Shown piece by piece: positions 1 to 8,127 of a DNA stretch of 35,481 nucleotides. The translations under genes were made by a program, and so were the position numbers. Position 1 is the first letter of the stretch. Every line of letters begins with the position of its first letter. Source of the DNA: a virus; IMG/VR virus record IMGVR_UViG_3300031565_000179. The stretch is one strand, 5' to 3'. The notes below the pieces were generated by a model. The model did no database searches. It saw only the letters and a list, made by a program, of their open reading frames with translations, and had not been told where the DNA came from.

Positions 1-127
1 AGCTGGAATATAGCTTCCTTTGACAAGGTCCCCGAACCTATCGCCAACTTGATTGAAGGCGGCCAATACTCGACCGTGTCGGTCGAGATTGAAGACGAAG
101 TCGGGGAATACGGCCCCGTAATAACGG
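1..127. repeat. Terminal overlap: bases 1-127 are identical to 35355-35481
   Basis: Read base by base: agctggaatatagcttcc...ccccgtaataacgg occurs at both window ends in direct orientation. This implies a circular or circularly permuted molecule with a unit length of about 35,354 bp. Confidence 0.95.
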
Positions 128-1287
128 GCGTCGCCCTGCTTGGCGCGGAAGAACCGGCAGTTGAAGGGGCGACAACCGAAAGGGCCCTGGTATTCGGCGG
201 GACTAGACAAGGCGCGCGGGTATGGTCGTTCAAGGTTGGCGACGATATTCCAATGTCCGAACTGAAAGCCGAATTCGACGACATACGGGGCAAGCTTGCC
301 GAAATCGTGAAGGGCAAGCGTGGTGCGCCAATATTCAGGGCCATGTTCGGCAACCTTTCGGAATTGTTCGAACGGTTGACGGCGGGGAAACACGCCGCCC
401 AGGACGACGCGGAAGTCCTGGCCGAAATCCGCGCTTATGCCGTCCAGGAATATCAAGGGAACGTTCAACCCCTTATCGCCTGGGCGGGGACCGTCGGCTT
501 CGACGCTTGCGTTGCCGCTTTGACGGGAAAGCCTGGCATTACCGACCCGACCCGCGTTTGTGGTTGGTTGAAAGGCCAGGCGCATTCAAAATCGAATGAA
601 GGGGGAACTGACATGAATTTACCGAAAGCACTTCAAGGGAAGAAGCCCGAAGATATTCGGGCAATGAGCATTCCCGACCTGGCGAAGCTTTTCGCGGAAG
701 GGGAAACCCCGAAGGTTGAAGAACTGAAGGCCGCCTTCCAGGAAGGCGAACTGGCCGCCATTGCCGCGGCCCTGGGCCTGGGCGAAGAAGCGACCGTCGA
801 AGACATGGTCGCCGCCATAACTGCCTTGACTGAAAAGGCCGCCGCCGCCGGCGAAGGCGAAGGCGCGAAACCGCCTGAAGGCGAAATGGGGAAGGAATTC
901 GCGAAAGCGAACGACCGTATCGCCAACCTGGAAAAGACCCTGGCAAGCGAACGAAGTCTTCGGGAATGGGAAACCAGGACCGCGGAATTCACGACCATTC
1001 CAGGAACACCCCACGAACACGCCGTAAGCCTGGCCGACATTGAAGGCAAGGCCGGCAAGGACGCCGCGGAAACCCAGTTCAAGGCCCTGGAACACGCGAA
1101 CAAGCTGGCCGCTGAAGCGACGAAGGTCGTTGGAACCGCGCGGACCGGCGGCGTGACCGACTTCGACAACGAAGTCAAAAGGTATATGTCCGAACACAAG
1201 GACGCGACGAAGGTCCAGGCGATTGAAGCCGTATCGAAGGAACGGCCCGACCTGTATTTCGCCAGGCGTGAAGGTTGGGACCAGTAA
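1..1287 (+). CDS. Prohead protease/scaffold fusion protein, 3' portion (about 615 aa once joined to 34794..35354)
   Basis: Codons from base 1 (SWNIASFDKVPEPIANLIEGG...) match the end of the 34794 ORF. The C-terminal half is Ala/Glu/Lys-rich and coiled-coil-like, typical of scaffolds. The gene sits directly upstream of the decoration and major capsid genes. Confidence 0.65.
   Translation, partial: SWNIASFDKVPEPIANLIEGGQYSTVSVEIEDEVGEYGPVITGVALLGAEEPAVEGATTERALVFGGTRQGARVWSFKVGDDIPMSELKAEFDDIRGKLAEIVKGKRGAPIFRAMFGNLSELFERLTAGKHAAQDDAEVLAEIRAYAVQEYQGNVQPLIAWAGTVGFDACVAALTGKPGITDPTRVCGWLKGQAHSKSNEGGTDMNLPKALQGKKPEDIRAMSIPDLAKLFAEGETPKVEELKAAFQEGELAAIAAALGLGEEATVEDMVAAITALTEKAAAAGEGEGAKPPEGEMGKEFAKANDRIANLEKTLASERSLREWETRTAEFTTIPGTPHEHAVSLADIEGKAGKDAAETQFKALEHANKLAAEATKVVGTARTGGVTDFDNEVKRYMSEHKDATKVQAIEAVSKERPDLYFARREGWDQ
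613..1287 (+). CDS. Nested in-frame scaffold protein (internal start within the protease/scaffold gene)
   Basis: A consensus RBS AAGGGGGA (599-606) lies 7 nt upstream of in-frame ATG 613 inside the larger ORF. The arrangement is analogous to Mu I/Z and lambda C/Nu3. Confidence 0.5.
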   Translation: MNLPKALQGKKPEDIRAMSIPDLAKLFAEGETPKVEELKAAFQEGELAAIAAALGLGEEATVEDMVAAITALTEKAAAAGEGEGAKPPEGEMGKEFAKANDRIANLEKTLASERSLREWETRTAEFTTIPGTPHEHAVSLADIEGKAGKDAAETQFKALEHANKLAAEATKVVGTARTGGVTDFDNEVKRYMSEHKDATKVQAIEAVSKERPDLYFARREGWDQ

Positions 1288-1325
1288 ACGGTCCCGAATA
1301 AAATCTGAATAAGGGGGAAAGTTCA

Positions 1326-1724
1326 ATGGGAATGAACGAAAAGCTTATCTGGACGGAAAGCATGAAGACGGCTTCTTCGCTGGCCGACTATTCGTCCAAA
1401 CAATACTACGGGGCAAAACTGAACGACGACCGCGAAGTTATCCTTCCGACTGGGGATACCGACGTGCCGTACGGTCTTGTCCTGAATAAACCTGGAAACA
1501 GCAAGGACGCGTCCCTGCTTATTATCGGTCGGGCCCCTGGCGTGGTCGCGGAAGCGATTACCGCGGGCCAAAAGGTTCGCATTGCCAGCGGGGGCAAAGT
1601 CGCCCTTTGGGAAAAGACGGATACTTCAATGTATTGCGTCGGGACTTGCGTCGAAGGCGCGGGCGACGACGGGGAAATGGGGGTCTTTGACTTCGTGTTC
1701 CCGAACGCGATTGTTACTGCTTAA
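1326..1724 (+). CDS. Head decoration protein candidate (DUF2190-like)
   Basis: 132 aa with RBS AAGGGGGA. It lies between the scaffold and major capsid genes. The Gly/Val-rich beta pattern (...GRAPGVVAEAITAGQKVRIASGGKVALW...) resembles DUF2190 decoration proteins. Confidence 0.5.
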   Translation: MGMNEKLIWTESMKTASSLADYSSKQYYGAKLNDDREVILPTGDTDVPYGLVLNKPGNSKDASLLIIGRAPGVVAEAITAGQKVRIASGGKVALWEKTDTSMYCVGTCVEGAGDDGEMGVFDFVFPNAIVTA

Positions 1725-1763
1725 ACCGCGTCAATGAAATATTGAAAAGGGGGAAATTCTAAA

Positions 1764-2726
1764 ATGAAACGATACTTCGGAAATCCTACCGCTGGCGACG
1801 TCCACATTGACGCGGCTTTGTCCGAAATCGCGATAGCGTACAAGAACAAATCGTTTATCGCCGAACAGGTCTTGCCGCTGGTCCCCGTGGACAAGCAATC
1901 CGACAAGTATTACGTTTGGGACAAGGGTTCATGGCTTACCAACCAGGTCGAAGTTCGGACGCCTGGGGACCTGTATCCAGAAGGCCGAATGAAGCTTTCG
2001 AACGACGAATACTTCTGCGACATTTATCACCTGGGTTACGCGATACCCTGGGAAAAGAAGAAGAACGCCGATACCGCAATCAACCTTGAACGGTCGGGGA
2101 CGAATTGGCTGGCACATCAGTTCGCCTTGAACCGTGAAGTCCAAATCGCCGCCGCCGTCTTCGCCGGCTCGATATGGGACACGAACCCAGTCGTCGGGGC
2201 CGACTTCGTCGCCTGGGACGATTACGACAATTCCGACCCGCCCGAAGACATTGACACCTATCGCGACACGGTCCTTCAGAATACGGGCGTCCTTCCGAAC
2301 ACCCTGGTTATCGGGAAACAGGTCCTTTCGAAACTCCGCCGACACCCGATACTTCTGGATATGTTCAAATACACCGGCAAGGGCATTCTTACGGAAGCCC
2401 AGGTCGCCGAAGCCCTGGACATTGAAAGGCTTCTGGTCGGGTCATGCGTCCAGCGGACTTCCGTTGAAGGGGCCGCGGCCGCGGTCCAGGCGTTCGTATG
2501 GGGCAAACACGCCCTGTTAATGTATGTCCCGCCGGCCCCCGCCCTGGACGAACCGGCCGCGGGTTATACCTTCACCTGGAACCTGGAAGATACCGGCTTC
2601 ACCACGGCGATAATCCCGACGGTCCAGGAAGAACGGGACCGCGACTTCCTGAAAGGGAAACACGCCTTCGACTTCAAGGTCACGGGGTCCGACCTGGGGG
2701 TTTACTTCGCTTCCGTCATAAGCTAA
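1764..2726 (+). CDS. Major capsid protein, lambda gpE-like (HK97 fold)
   Basis: 320 aa. The N-terminus ...IAIAYKNKSFIAEQVLPLVPVDKQSDKYYVWDKG... is characteristic of the phage major capsid protein E family. Its position after the protease/scaffold and decoration genes fits. Confidence 0.8.
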   Translation: MKRYFGNPTAGDVHIDAALSEIAIAYKNKSFIAEQVLPLVPVDKQSDKYYVWDKGSWLTNQVEVRTPGDLYPEGRMKLSNDEYFCDIYHLGYAIPWEKKKNADTAINLERSGTNWLAHQFALNREVQIAAAVFAGSIWDTNPVVGADFVAWDDYDNSDPPEDIDTYRDTVLQNTGVLPNTLVIGKQVLSKLRRHPILLDMFKYTGKGILTEAQVAEALDIERLLVGSCVQRTSVEGAAAAVQAFVWGKHALLMYVPPAPALDEPAAGYTFTWNLEDTGFTTAIIPTVQEERDRDFLKGKHAFDFKVTGSDLGVYFASVIS

Positions 2727-2740
2727 CAAAGGAACCTTAT

Positions 2741-2770
2741 CGGGGCCCTGGGCCCAACCCTGGGGCCCCG
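2741..2770 (+). other. GC-rich stem-loop (12-bp stem, GGGGCCCUGGG core) just after the capsid gene
   Basis: cggggccctggg / cccaac / ccctggggccccg. Bases 2741-2752 pair with 2759-2770, including two G.U pairs. No U-tract follows. Confidence 0.6.
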
Positions 2771-2802
2771 AAATCGAATAATCGAAAAGGGGGAATAAGA
2801 CA

Positions 2803-3714
2803 ATGACAGTACGTTGGAGAGGACGACACGTCTTTGACCAGATTGGCGCGGGCCTGATTGAAGGTCTTCCGCAATACCTCACGGGAATTCAGTATTTCGT
2901 TTCGAAGAACCGTGGAAACGACAACAACGTCGGGACCAGTCCCGACAAGCCCGTCTTGACCGTTCAGGCGGCCATTACCTTGAACAACGCGACGATTGAC
3001 TGGGGGGCGACCCCGAAGCGTTACAATGTGATATGGGTCGAACCTGGCGTTTACGCCGAAAACTTGACGCCCGCCTACTATTGCCATATCGTCGGCTTGG
3101 GTATTCGGGGAACCGATACCATGTCCGAAATTCACGTCGCGACGGGTTCCGTCATAACGGGAACCTTCCTGGGCCTGGGGCTTCATAACCTTTGGCTTGA
3201 AGGCGAAGAAGCTTCCGTCCCGCTTCTGGACATTGGCATTTGTAACAATAGCCTGATAAGGGCTTGCATCTTCGCCCTGGGCGCGAATGTCGCGGGGGTC
3301 GTTGCCATTGATACGGAAAACTGCACACACTTGACCGTCGAAGACAGCGACTTCGAAAGCGGCCAGCTTCAACCCCTGGACGCCGCAATCTACAACCGCG
3401 GCGGGGCCGACAAGTTCGCCCATAACGTCCGATACCGCCGAAACAATATGTTCGTCAAGTCGAACGGAATTTATATCGCCCAGGATTGCGTCGCGACCCA
3501 GGCGATAGCCGAAGAAAACTTCATAAACGTTCTGACCACGGGCAAGGGGATTGACGGCTTCGGCGGCGGCGCGGACACTGGTTCCAAACTGAAGGCAATC
3601 AAGAACCGGATAATCGTCGAAGGCGCGGGCGACGCAATTCACGGCCTGGCGGCCGGTAACAAGCTTCAGAATGAAACCAACGTCAACGGCGTCTTCGCAA
3701 TGGAAACCGCGTAA
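2803..3714 (+). CDS. Right-handed beta-helix (pectate-lyase-fold-like) protein
   Basis: 303 aa. The N-terminal signature YFVSKNRGNDNNVGTSPDKPVLTVQAAI is typical of parallel beta-helix proteins. It is followed by repetitive Gly/Asn/Ile-rich turns. Confidence 0.5.
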   Translation: MTVRWRGRHVFDQIGAGLIEGLPQYLTGIQYFVSKNRGNDNNVGTSPDKPVLTVQAAITLNNATIDWGATPKRYNVIWVEPGVYAENLTPAYYCHIVGLGIRGTDTMSEIHVATGSVITGTFLGLGLHNLWLEGEEASVPLLDIGICNNSLIRACIFALGANVAGVVAIDTENCTHLTVEDSDFESGQLQPLDAAIYNRGGADKFAHNVRYRRNNMFVKSNGIYIAQDCVATQAIAEENFINVLTTGKGIDGFGGGADTGSKLKAIKNRIIVEGAGDAIHGLAAGNKLQNETNVNGVFAMETA

Positions 3715-3756
3715 CGAATAACCTGGCAAGGTCCAGGGAAAAGGGGGACCGAACAA

Positions 3757-3960
3757 ATGGTCAAAGTAATTACAGCGGCCAACGCAAAGGACCCAGGACC
3801 GCCGCCCGCTGATATTCTGAAACGCGGGTATCGGGGCCTTCCACATCACAAGGCCGCGAAGAAGGGCCAGGACGTCGAACCCGAAACCGAACCGACCGCT
3901 GAAGGCGAAGGGGAAGGCAACGGGGGCGAAGATACTGGCGAAGAAGAAGACACGCCTTAA
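3757..3960 (+). CDS. Small, highly acidic protein of unknown function
   Basis: 67 aa with RBS AAGGGGGA. The C-terminus is EPETEPTAEGEGEGNGGEDTGEEEDTP. Confidence 0.55.
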   Translation: MVKVITAANAKDPGPPPADILKRGYRGLPHHKAAKKGQDVEPETEPTAEGEGEGNGGEDTGEEEDTP

Positions 3961-3965
3961 CGTGA

Positions 3966-4000
3966 ACCTGGGGGCCCCTGGGGACGACCTGGGGGCCCCT
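3966..4000 (+). repeat. Tandem ACCTGGGGGCCCCT repeat (2 copies, 21 bp apart) able to form a GGGGCCCC/GGGGCCCC stem-loop
   Basis: Copies at 3966-3979 and 3987-4000. Bases 3971-3978 can pair with 3992-3999. Confidence 0.7.
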
Positions 4001-4062
4001 TCGACAACTGAATAAGGCGGCCCGACCTGGCCGCGATTGAATAACCAAATAAGGGGGGCACA

Positions 4063-4464
4063 ATGACAGTCGAAGCATTATCCACATTGGGCGTCGAAGT
4101 CCATTACCGCCAGACCATTTCGCCAAATCACCAAACGGGGTCATTCGTCGGGGACGATACCGACAACCACGACTTCGTATTCAAAGGACGGGGCAAGTCC
4201 ATTCCCCAGGTTGACGTTGACAACGCCCCGAACGCCGAACTTACCTGGACGCTTTACGGAACACACGCTGAAGACGCGGCCGTCGGCGACCCTGGGACCA
4301 TGCAAATTGACACGGGGGCGATTGCCGCCGCCGACAAGTTCGACGACGCATGGTTCGGATACTCCTTCCCGTTCTTCCTTCTTCGCCTGGCGTATGCCGT
4401 CGCGCCGACCGACGACCCGAAGAAGACGGTCACAGTCTTTACGAATTTAACCTTCGGAATATAG
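4063..4464 (+). CDS. Hypothetical structural-module protein
   Basis: 133 aa with RBS AAGGGGGG and codon usage like its neighbours. No recognisable motif. Confidence 0.6.
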   Translation: MTVEALSTLGVEVHYRQTISPNHQTGSFVGDDTDNHDFVFKGRGKSIPQVDVDNAPNAELTWTLYGTHAEDAAVGDPGTMQIDTGAIAAADKFDDAWFGYSFPFFLLRLAYAVAPTDDPKKTVTVFTNLTFGI

Positions 4465-4473
4465 GGGGGCGAC

Positions 4474-4989
4474 ATGGTATTGAAACGAAGTCAAATTGAA
4501 GAAGCCGTCGAAGACGCCATAATCAGCGAAGAACACGTTCACAACCGCGAACGCTGGTTCGGGAAATCGGGCGACCAGTCGGGGAACGATTGGGCCGTTG
4601 AAGCGGGCTTGACCTGCTTCCGCGCCATATCAGGGAACGGCGACTTCGGCGGCGACGCCGACGACGAAGCCCTGGTCCTGGGGACCGACGACACGCCCGC
4701 AATATCGGGGAAGACGACGTTCGACCTTCATCGGATTATGGTTGAAGCTTCCAGCGTCGCGACGCCCTGGGTCTTTCGGGTCATTTACGGGTCGGGGGCA
4801 ATGTCCGCAATGGAAGCCCTGGGCCAGTATTCCGACGTCATGGTAACGGAAGCGAAGAAGGGGTCGCCCGTCGAACTGATAATGGAACGGCGGGATTGTG
4901 GAACCGACAAGGTATGGGTTCGGGCGAAGAACGCGACCGACAACGCAACGATTGACTTCTTCGTCGGTAGTCACGAATACGAAGAATAA
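4474..4989 (+). CDS. Hypothetical structural-module protein
   Basis: 171 aa with a G-rich RBS (AGGGGGG). No recognisable motif. Confidence 0.6.
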   Translation: MVLKRSQIEEAVEDAIISEEHVHNRERWFGKSGDQSGNDWAVEAGLTCFRAISGNGDFGGDADDEALVLGTDDTPAISGKTTFDLHRIMVEASSVATPWVFRVIYGSGAMSAMEALGQYSDVMVTEAKKGSPVELIMERRDCGTDKVWVRAKNATDNATIDFFVGSHEYEE

Positions 4990-5001
4990 AAGGGGGACGA
5001 T

Positions 5002-5529
5002 ATGACAGTCGGGGCGAACACTTACGCCGAACACGAAGACATTGAACGTCTTATCGGCGACATTGTTTTGAATAGGACCTTCGACGAAACCACGGTCCCG
5101 TCGCTGGACCAGGTTGAAAGCGAACTGGACAACGCCGCCGCGGAATTGAACCGCGAACTGGACCAGGTCGGTTATACGGTCCCCGTGGTCCTGGCGGACT
5201 GGCCGACCGCTTTCGGCTTCCTGAAGGCGGCCAATGCTTACGGGGCGGCCGCGGTCCTATTATCCACGGTCCCGTCGGAAGGATACGAACCGACCGAAGA
5301 AGTCGAAACCCCTGGAACAACCAGGGCCCAAACATACGCGAACAAGTTCAAGTCCGCGCTGAAGGCCATTCGGGAAAGCCGCCTTCGGGCGGCCAGGCGG
5401 AAGGGAAGACTGGCCGACGCTTTCGCCGGTTCCCAGGAAGACGACCAGGGGAACGAAAAGCTTCCGATATTCAAGCGGGGCGAAGACGATTATCCTGGCC
5501 GCCGGTCCTTGACGGAAGGGGAAGAATAA
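5002..5529 (+). CDS. Head-tail connector/adaptor candidate
   Basis: 175 aa with RBS AAGGGGGA. It is the first of three translationally coupled genes (TAATG overlaps) between the head and tail genes. The call rests on position only. Confidence 0.35.
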   Translation: MTVGANTYAEHEDIERLIGDIVLNRTFDETTVPSLDQVESELDNAAAELNRELDQVGYTVPVVLADWPTAFGFLKAANAYGAAAVLLSTVPSEGYEPTEEVETPGTTRAQTYANKFKSALKAIRESRLRAARRKGRLADAFAGSQEDDQGNEKLPIFKRGEDDYPGRRSLTEGEE

Positions 5530-5969
5530 TGTCACAAGCAACGATTGAAGCGGGCATTGTCGCGACGATTAAGCTTCACGCCGACTTCGACGCGACGAAT
5601 TGTTATCTGTACGACAAGCGGGCCCTGGGGAAAGGGCTTGACCGGCTGGTCGTCGTGTCGTATGCCAATTTACGGAAGGAAGAATTGACCCTTCAGCTTG
5701 AACGGCGGATATGGACTTACAACGTGGACGTCCTGGTCCCCTGGCGCGGGGAACTAACCGAACTTGACGTTCGGGTCGGGACCGAAACGCAAAAGGTCAT
5801 TGATACCCTGGGGAAGTATCCGCGCTTGAACGGGGTCGCCGACGTAAGCAAAACCATTATGTCGCTTTCGGCCCTTCCCGACGTCATATCGGAACGGAAG
5901 ACCGCGTATCGGGGACGGCGTCATACCCTGGACGTTATCGAAATATACGACCCAGGAAGGGCGGAATAA
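5529..5969 (+). CDS. Head-tail joining protein candidate
   Basis: 146 aa. Its start overlaps the upstream stop (TAATG). The call rests on position only. Confidence 0.35.
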   Translation: MSQATIEAGIVATIKLHADFDATNCYLYDKRALGKGLDRLVVVSYANLRKEELTLQLERRIWTYNVDVLVPWRGELTELDVRVGTETQKVIDTLGKYPRLNGVADVSKTIMSLSALPDVISERKTAYRGRRHTLDVIEIYDPGRAE

Positions 5970-6469
5970 TGAGAACGACCGAATACGATTACGTCGAGTT
6001 GGCCGCGCTAAACGAACGCGTCAACAAGGCGGGCGGGACCATTGACCGAATAATTCTGAATGAAGGGCTTCGGAAGATTGGCCGCCTTATCGTTCCCGCC
6101 GCGGGGACTGGTCCCCTGGCGAATGAAACCCCGAAGGTATCGGGGAAGCTTGCCAGGTCAACGGTCTTCCAGATAATCGGCGGGGCAATGAACCAGGTCC
6201 TTGAAATACGCCAGGCCGCCAGGTCGCCCGAAGGGGTCTTTTATGGTTACATTGTCCGCGAAGGACGGGGGGCCATTGAAGCGGTCAACGCGAAGTTCCT
6301 TCATTTCTTCATTGGGGACCAGGAATTCTTCAGGAAGCGGGTCGGACCAGCGGCCCCGAACCCGTATCACCGCCGCGCCCTGGCGCGGCTTATGCCGCAA
6401 ATTCAAAACGTGGTCAACCAAATGGGCGAAAAGATTGGCGAGTATATCAGCGGGAAGGCCGCAATCTAA
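5969..6469 (+). CDS. Tail-completion protein candidate (HK97 gp10-like)
   Basis: 166 aa with a TAATG overlap. ...LNERVNKAGGTIDRIILNEGLRKIGRLIV...VSGKLARST resembles the HK97 gp10 family. It lies immediately upstream of the tail tube gene. Confidence 0.4.
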   Translation: MRTTEYDYVELAALNERVNKAGGTIDRIILNEGLRKIGRLIVPAAGTGPLANETPKVSGKLARSTVFQIIGGAMNQVLEIRQAARSPEGVFYGYIVREGRGAIEAVNAKFLHFFIGDQEFFRKRVGPAAPNPYHRRALARLMPQIQNVVNQMGEKIGEYISGKAAI

Positions 6470-6486
6470 CAAAGGGGGAAAGTGGA

Positions 6487-6921
6487 ATGACAGTCTTATT
6501 CGATAGCCAACAATCAGTCTTCCAGATTACGGCTTCGGTTGGCGGAGTAAAGGACATAACGCCGTATATCGTTTCGATTGACGGACTTCCTGGTCCGCGG
6601 GAACTGGCCGAAGCGACGACCTTGAACGACACGGGCCGCCAGTATTACCCGATACTGGAAAACGTCGTCATAAGCCTGGAACTTCTTTGGTCGGACGACG
6701 CAGACGTCGGGTCCGATACCGTCCTGGGTCCGCTTCGGACACATTCGGCGGCCGTCGCCTTCGATTATGGCCCCGAAGGGAAGGTCAACGGCGACATTAA
6801 ATATTACGGGAACGCCCTGGTCCGTGATTATCGTATCCTTTCCAGGGTCGGCCAAATGGTAACGTCCCGTTGTGAACTTCAGGTCAACGGGACCGTCGGC
6901 CGTTCTACATATCCGCCATAA
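6487..6921 (+). CDS. Major tail (tube) protein candidate
   Basis: 144 aa and beta-rich, directly upstream of the chaperone frameshift pair and the tape-measure candidate. This is the canonical siphovirus gene order. Confidence 0.55.
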   Translation: MTVLFDSQQSVFQITASVGGVKDITPYIVSIDGLPGPRELAEATTLNDTGRQYYPILENVVISLELLWSDDADVGSDTVLGPLRTHSAAVAFDYGPEGKVNGDIKYYGNALVRDYRILSRVGQMVTSRCELQVNGTVGRSTYPP

Positions 6922-6967
6922 GCCCGAAATATAGAACTTTAGTATATACCGAAAGGGGGACAATCAA

Positions 6968-7369
6968 ATGTCATACGAACCGAAAACGGAACGGGTTGAC
7001 CTGGGGGGCGAACTTTACGCCGTCCTATTCACGGAAACCCGACACGGAACCCAAAGGGCCGTCAATTCCTTGACACGGCCCTTCCTGAAGTATCCCGACG
7101 GGAAGGCCCCGAAGCTTACACTTCAGGGCGAAGACCAGAAGCCGACGGTCGAAGGCGCGACCGCGGTCGAAGTGGACCTGGGGGCCATTGATTACGACGC
7201 CGTCAACGACGCGATAATCGTCGGCCAGGTCAAGGAATGGTCCTTCGGCGAAGTCAACCAGGCAAGCCTTGACAGCCTTCCAGAAGGCTTCCGCGCGGCC
7301 CTGGTTGCGAAGTGTAACGAACTATACGGGGCCGCGGGCCCTTTAGTAAAGGGCGGCGGCGGGAACTAG
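6968..7369 (+). CDS. Tail assembly chaperone (gpG-like)
   Basis: 133 aa, positioned between the tube and tape-measure genes. It contains the slippery heptamer CCCTTTA near its 3' end, with an open -1 frame downstream. Confidence 0.6.
   Translation: MSYEPKTERVDLGGELYAVLFTETRHGTQRAVNSLTRPFLKYPDGKAPKLTLQGEDQKPTVEGATAVEVDLGAIDYDAVNDAIIVGQVKEWSFGEVNQASLDSLPEGFRAALVAKCNELYGAAGPLVKGGGGN
7339..7345 (+). promoter_or_regulatory. Candidate -1 programmed ribosomal frameshift site C_CCU_UUA
   Basis: Zero-frame codons are ggC CCT TTA, matching X_XXY_YYZ. The -1 frame is open from 7318 to the stop at 7564-7566. Confidence 0.5.
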
Positions 7370-7566
7370 GCGAAGGGCTTTTCATGGCCCTGAAAATGCC
7401 TTCCCGTTTTGGCTTGCCGCCCGATATGGAAGAAGCAATGTTAATAATCGAAATAGGGTTCCCGCCCCAGGTAATTGACGAATGGCCCCAGGGCCTTATC
7501 GAAAGGCTTTTGATATACAAGGGGGTCAAGAACGTCGCGCAATACGGGGGCAACTGGCAACCATGA
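7345..7566 (+). CDS. gpT-like extension of the tail assembly chaperone (expressed as a G-T fusion, about 199 aa, by -1 frameshift)
   Basis: The ORF track lists 7384..7566 in the -1 frame relative to 6968..7369. No RBS precedes ATG 7384, and the frame is open back to 7318. Confidence 0.5.
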   Translation, partial: SKGRRRELGEGLFMALKMPSRFGLPPDMEEAMLIIEIGFPPQVIDEWPQGLIERLLIYKGVKNVAQYGGNWQP

Positions 7567-7578
7567 AGGGGGTCTTAA

Positions 7579-8124
7579 ATGGCAAATGAAGCGGCCGTGA
7601 CGCTGGTCTTACGAATGCAGGACGAAGCTTCAGTTCAAATGCAGAATTTCGGGCAAACGACCCAACAAGCGGAAATTCAATCGCTTCAGTTGAACGCCGC
7701 ATTGACGGCAACGGGGGGGGCGTTGACCGCTATCGGTTCCCTTTTGGGGCAACTGGACAACCCGCTGGCGAAGACGGCGTCAACCTTCCTTATGACGGGC
7801 GGGGCGATACTTATGACCGTTTCCGCAATCGGGACAATGCTTCCGTATATCAAGAGCCTGATTGCGACCTTGCGAACCCTGGCAATCGCCCAGACACTTG
7901 TCGCCGCGCTTTCGGGGCCCGTCGGTTGGGCGAAGATAGGAATTGGCCTGGGGGTCGCCGCGGCCGCGACCGCTGGCATTGTCGCCGCGACTGGCGGCTT
8001 CGGCGGGGGCGGGACCACGGTCAACGTCAATACGGCCGCCTTCATGGGAAGGGACGCCGACGCCAGGCAATTCGCGGGAAAGGTTCAACGCTTCAGTCGC
8101 GAAGGCGAAAGGTTGGGAAGATAA
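7579..8124 (+). CDS. Tape measure protein candidate, unusually short (181 aa)
   Basis: It lies immediately after the G/GT pair. It has an N-terminal helical segment, long hydrophobic Ala/Gly/Leu segments and a GGFGGGG stretch. Confidence 0.45.
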   Translation: MANEAAVTLVLRMQDEASVQMQNFGQTTQQAEIQSLQLNAALTATGGALTAIGSLLGQLDNPLAKTASTFLMTGGAILMTVSAIGTMLPYIKSLIATLRTLAIAQTLVAALSGPVGWAKIGIGLGVAAAATAGIVAATGGFGGGGTTVNVNTAAFMGRDADARQFAGKVQRFSREGERLGR

Positions 8125-8127
8125 CGC

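Noticed and set aside
1-127. Terminal repeats as transposon/IS ends, LTRs or physical DTRs
   Set aside because: The repeats are direct and lie inside a continuous ORF. At exactly 127 nt they match a commonly used maximum assembler k-mer, so the simplest reading is circular-assembly overlap. A physical DTR cannot be excluded without reads.
2737-3849. 370-aa ORF on the minus strand
   Set aside because: It is fully antisense to the well-supported beta-helix gene and the capsid gene end. It has no RBS motif, and its Arg/Gly/Pro-rich composition is typical of antisense frames in GC-rich DNA.
3966-4000. Tandem ACCTGGGGGCCCCT copies as a CRISPR-like array
   Set aside because: There are only two 14-nt copies with a 7-nt gap and no cas genes. 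They are better explained as a stem-loop element.
7384-7566. Independent 60-aa gene starting at ATG 7384
   Set aside because: It has no RBS, and the frame is open upstream to 7318 with a slippery heptamer in the overlap. Expression as a G-T frameshift fusion is more likely.
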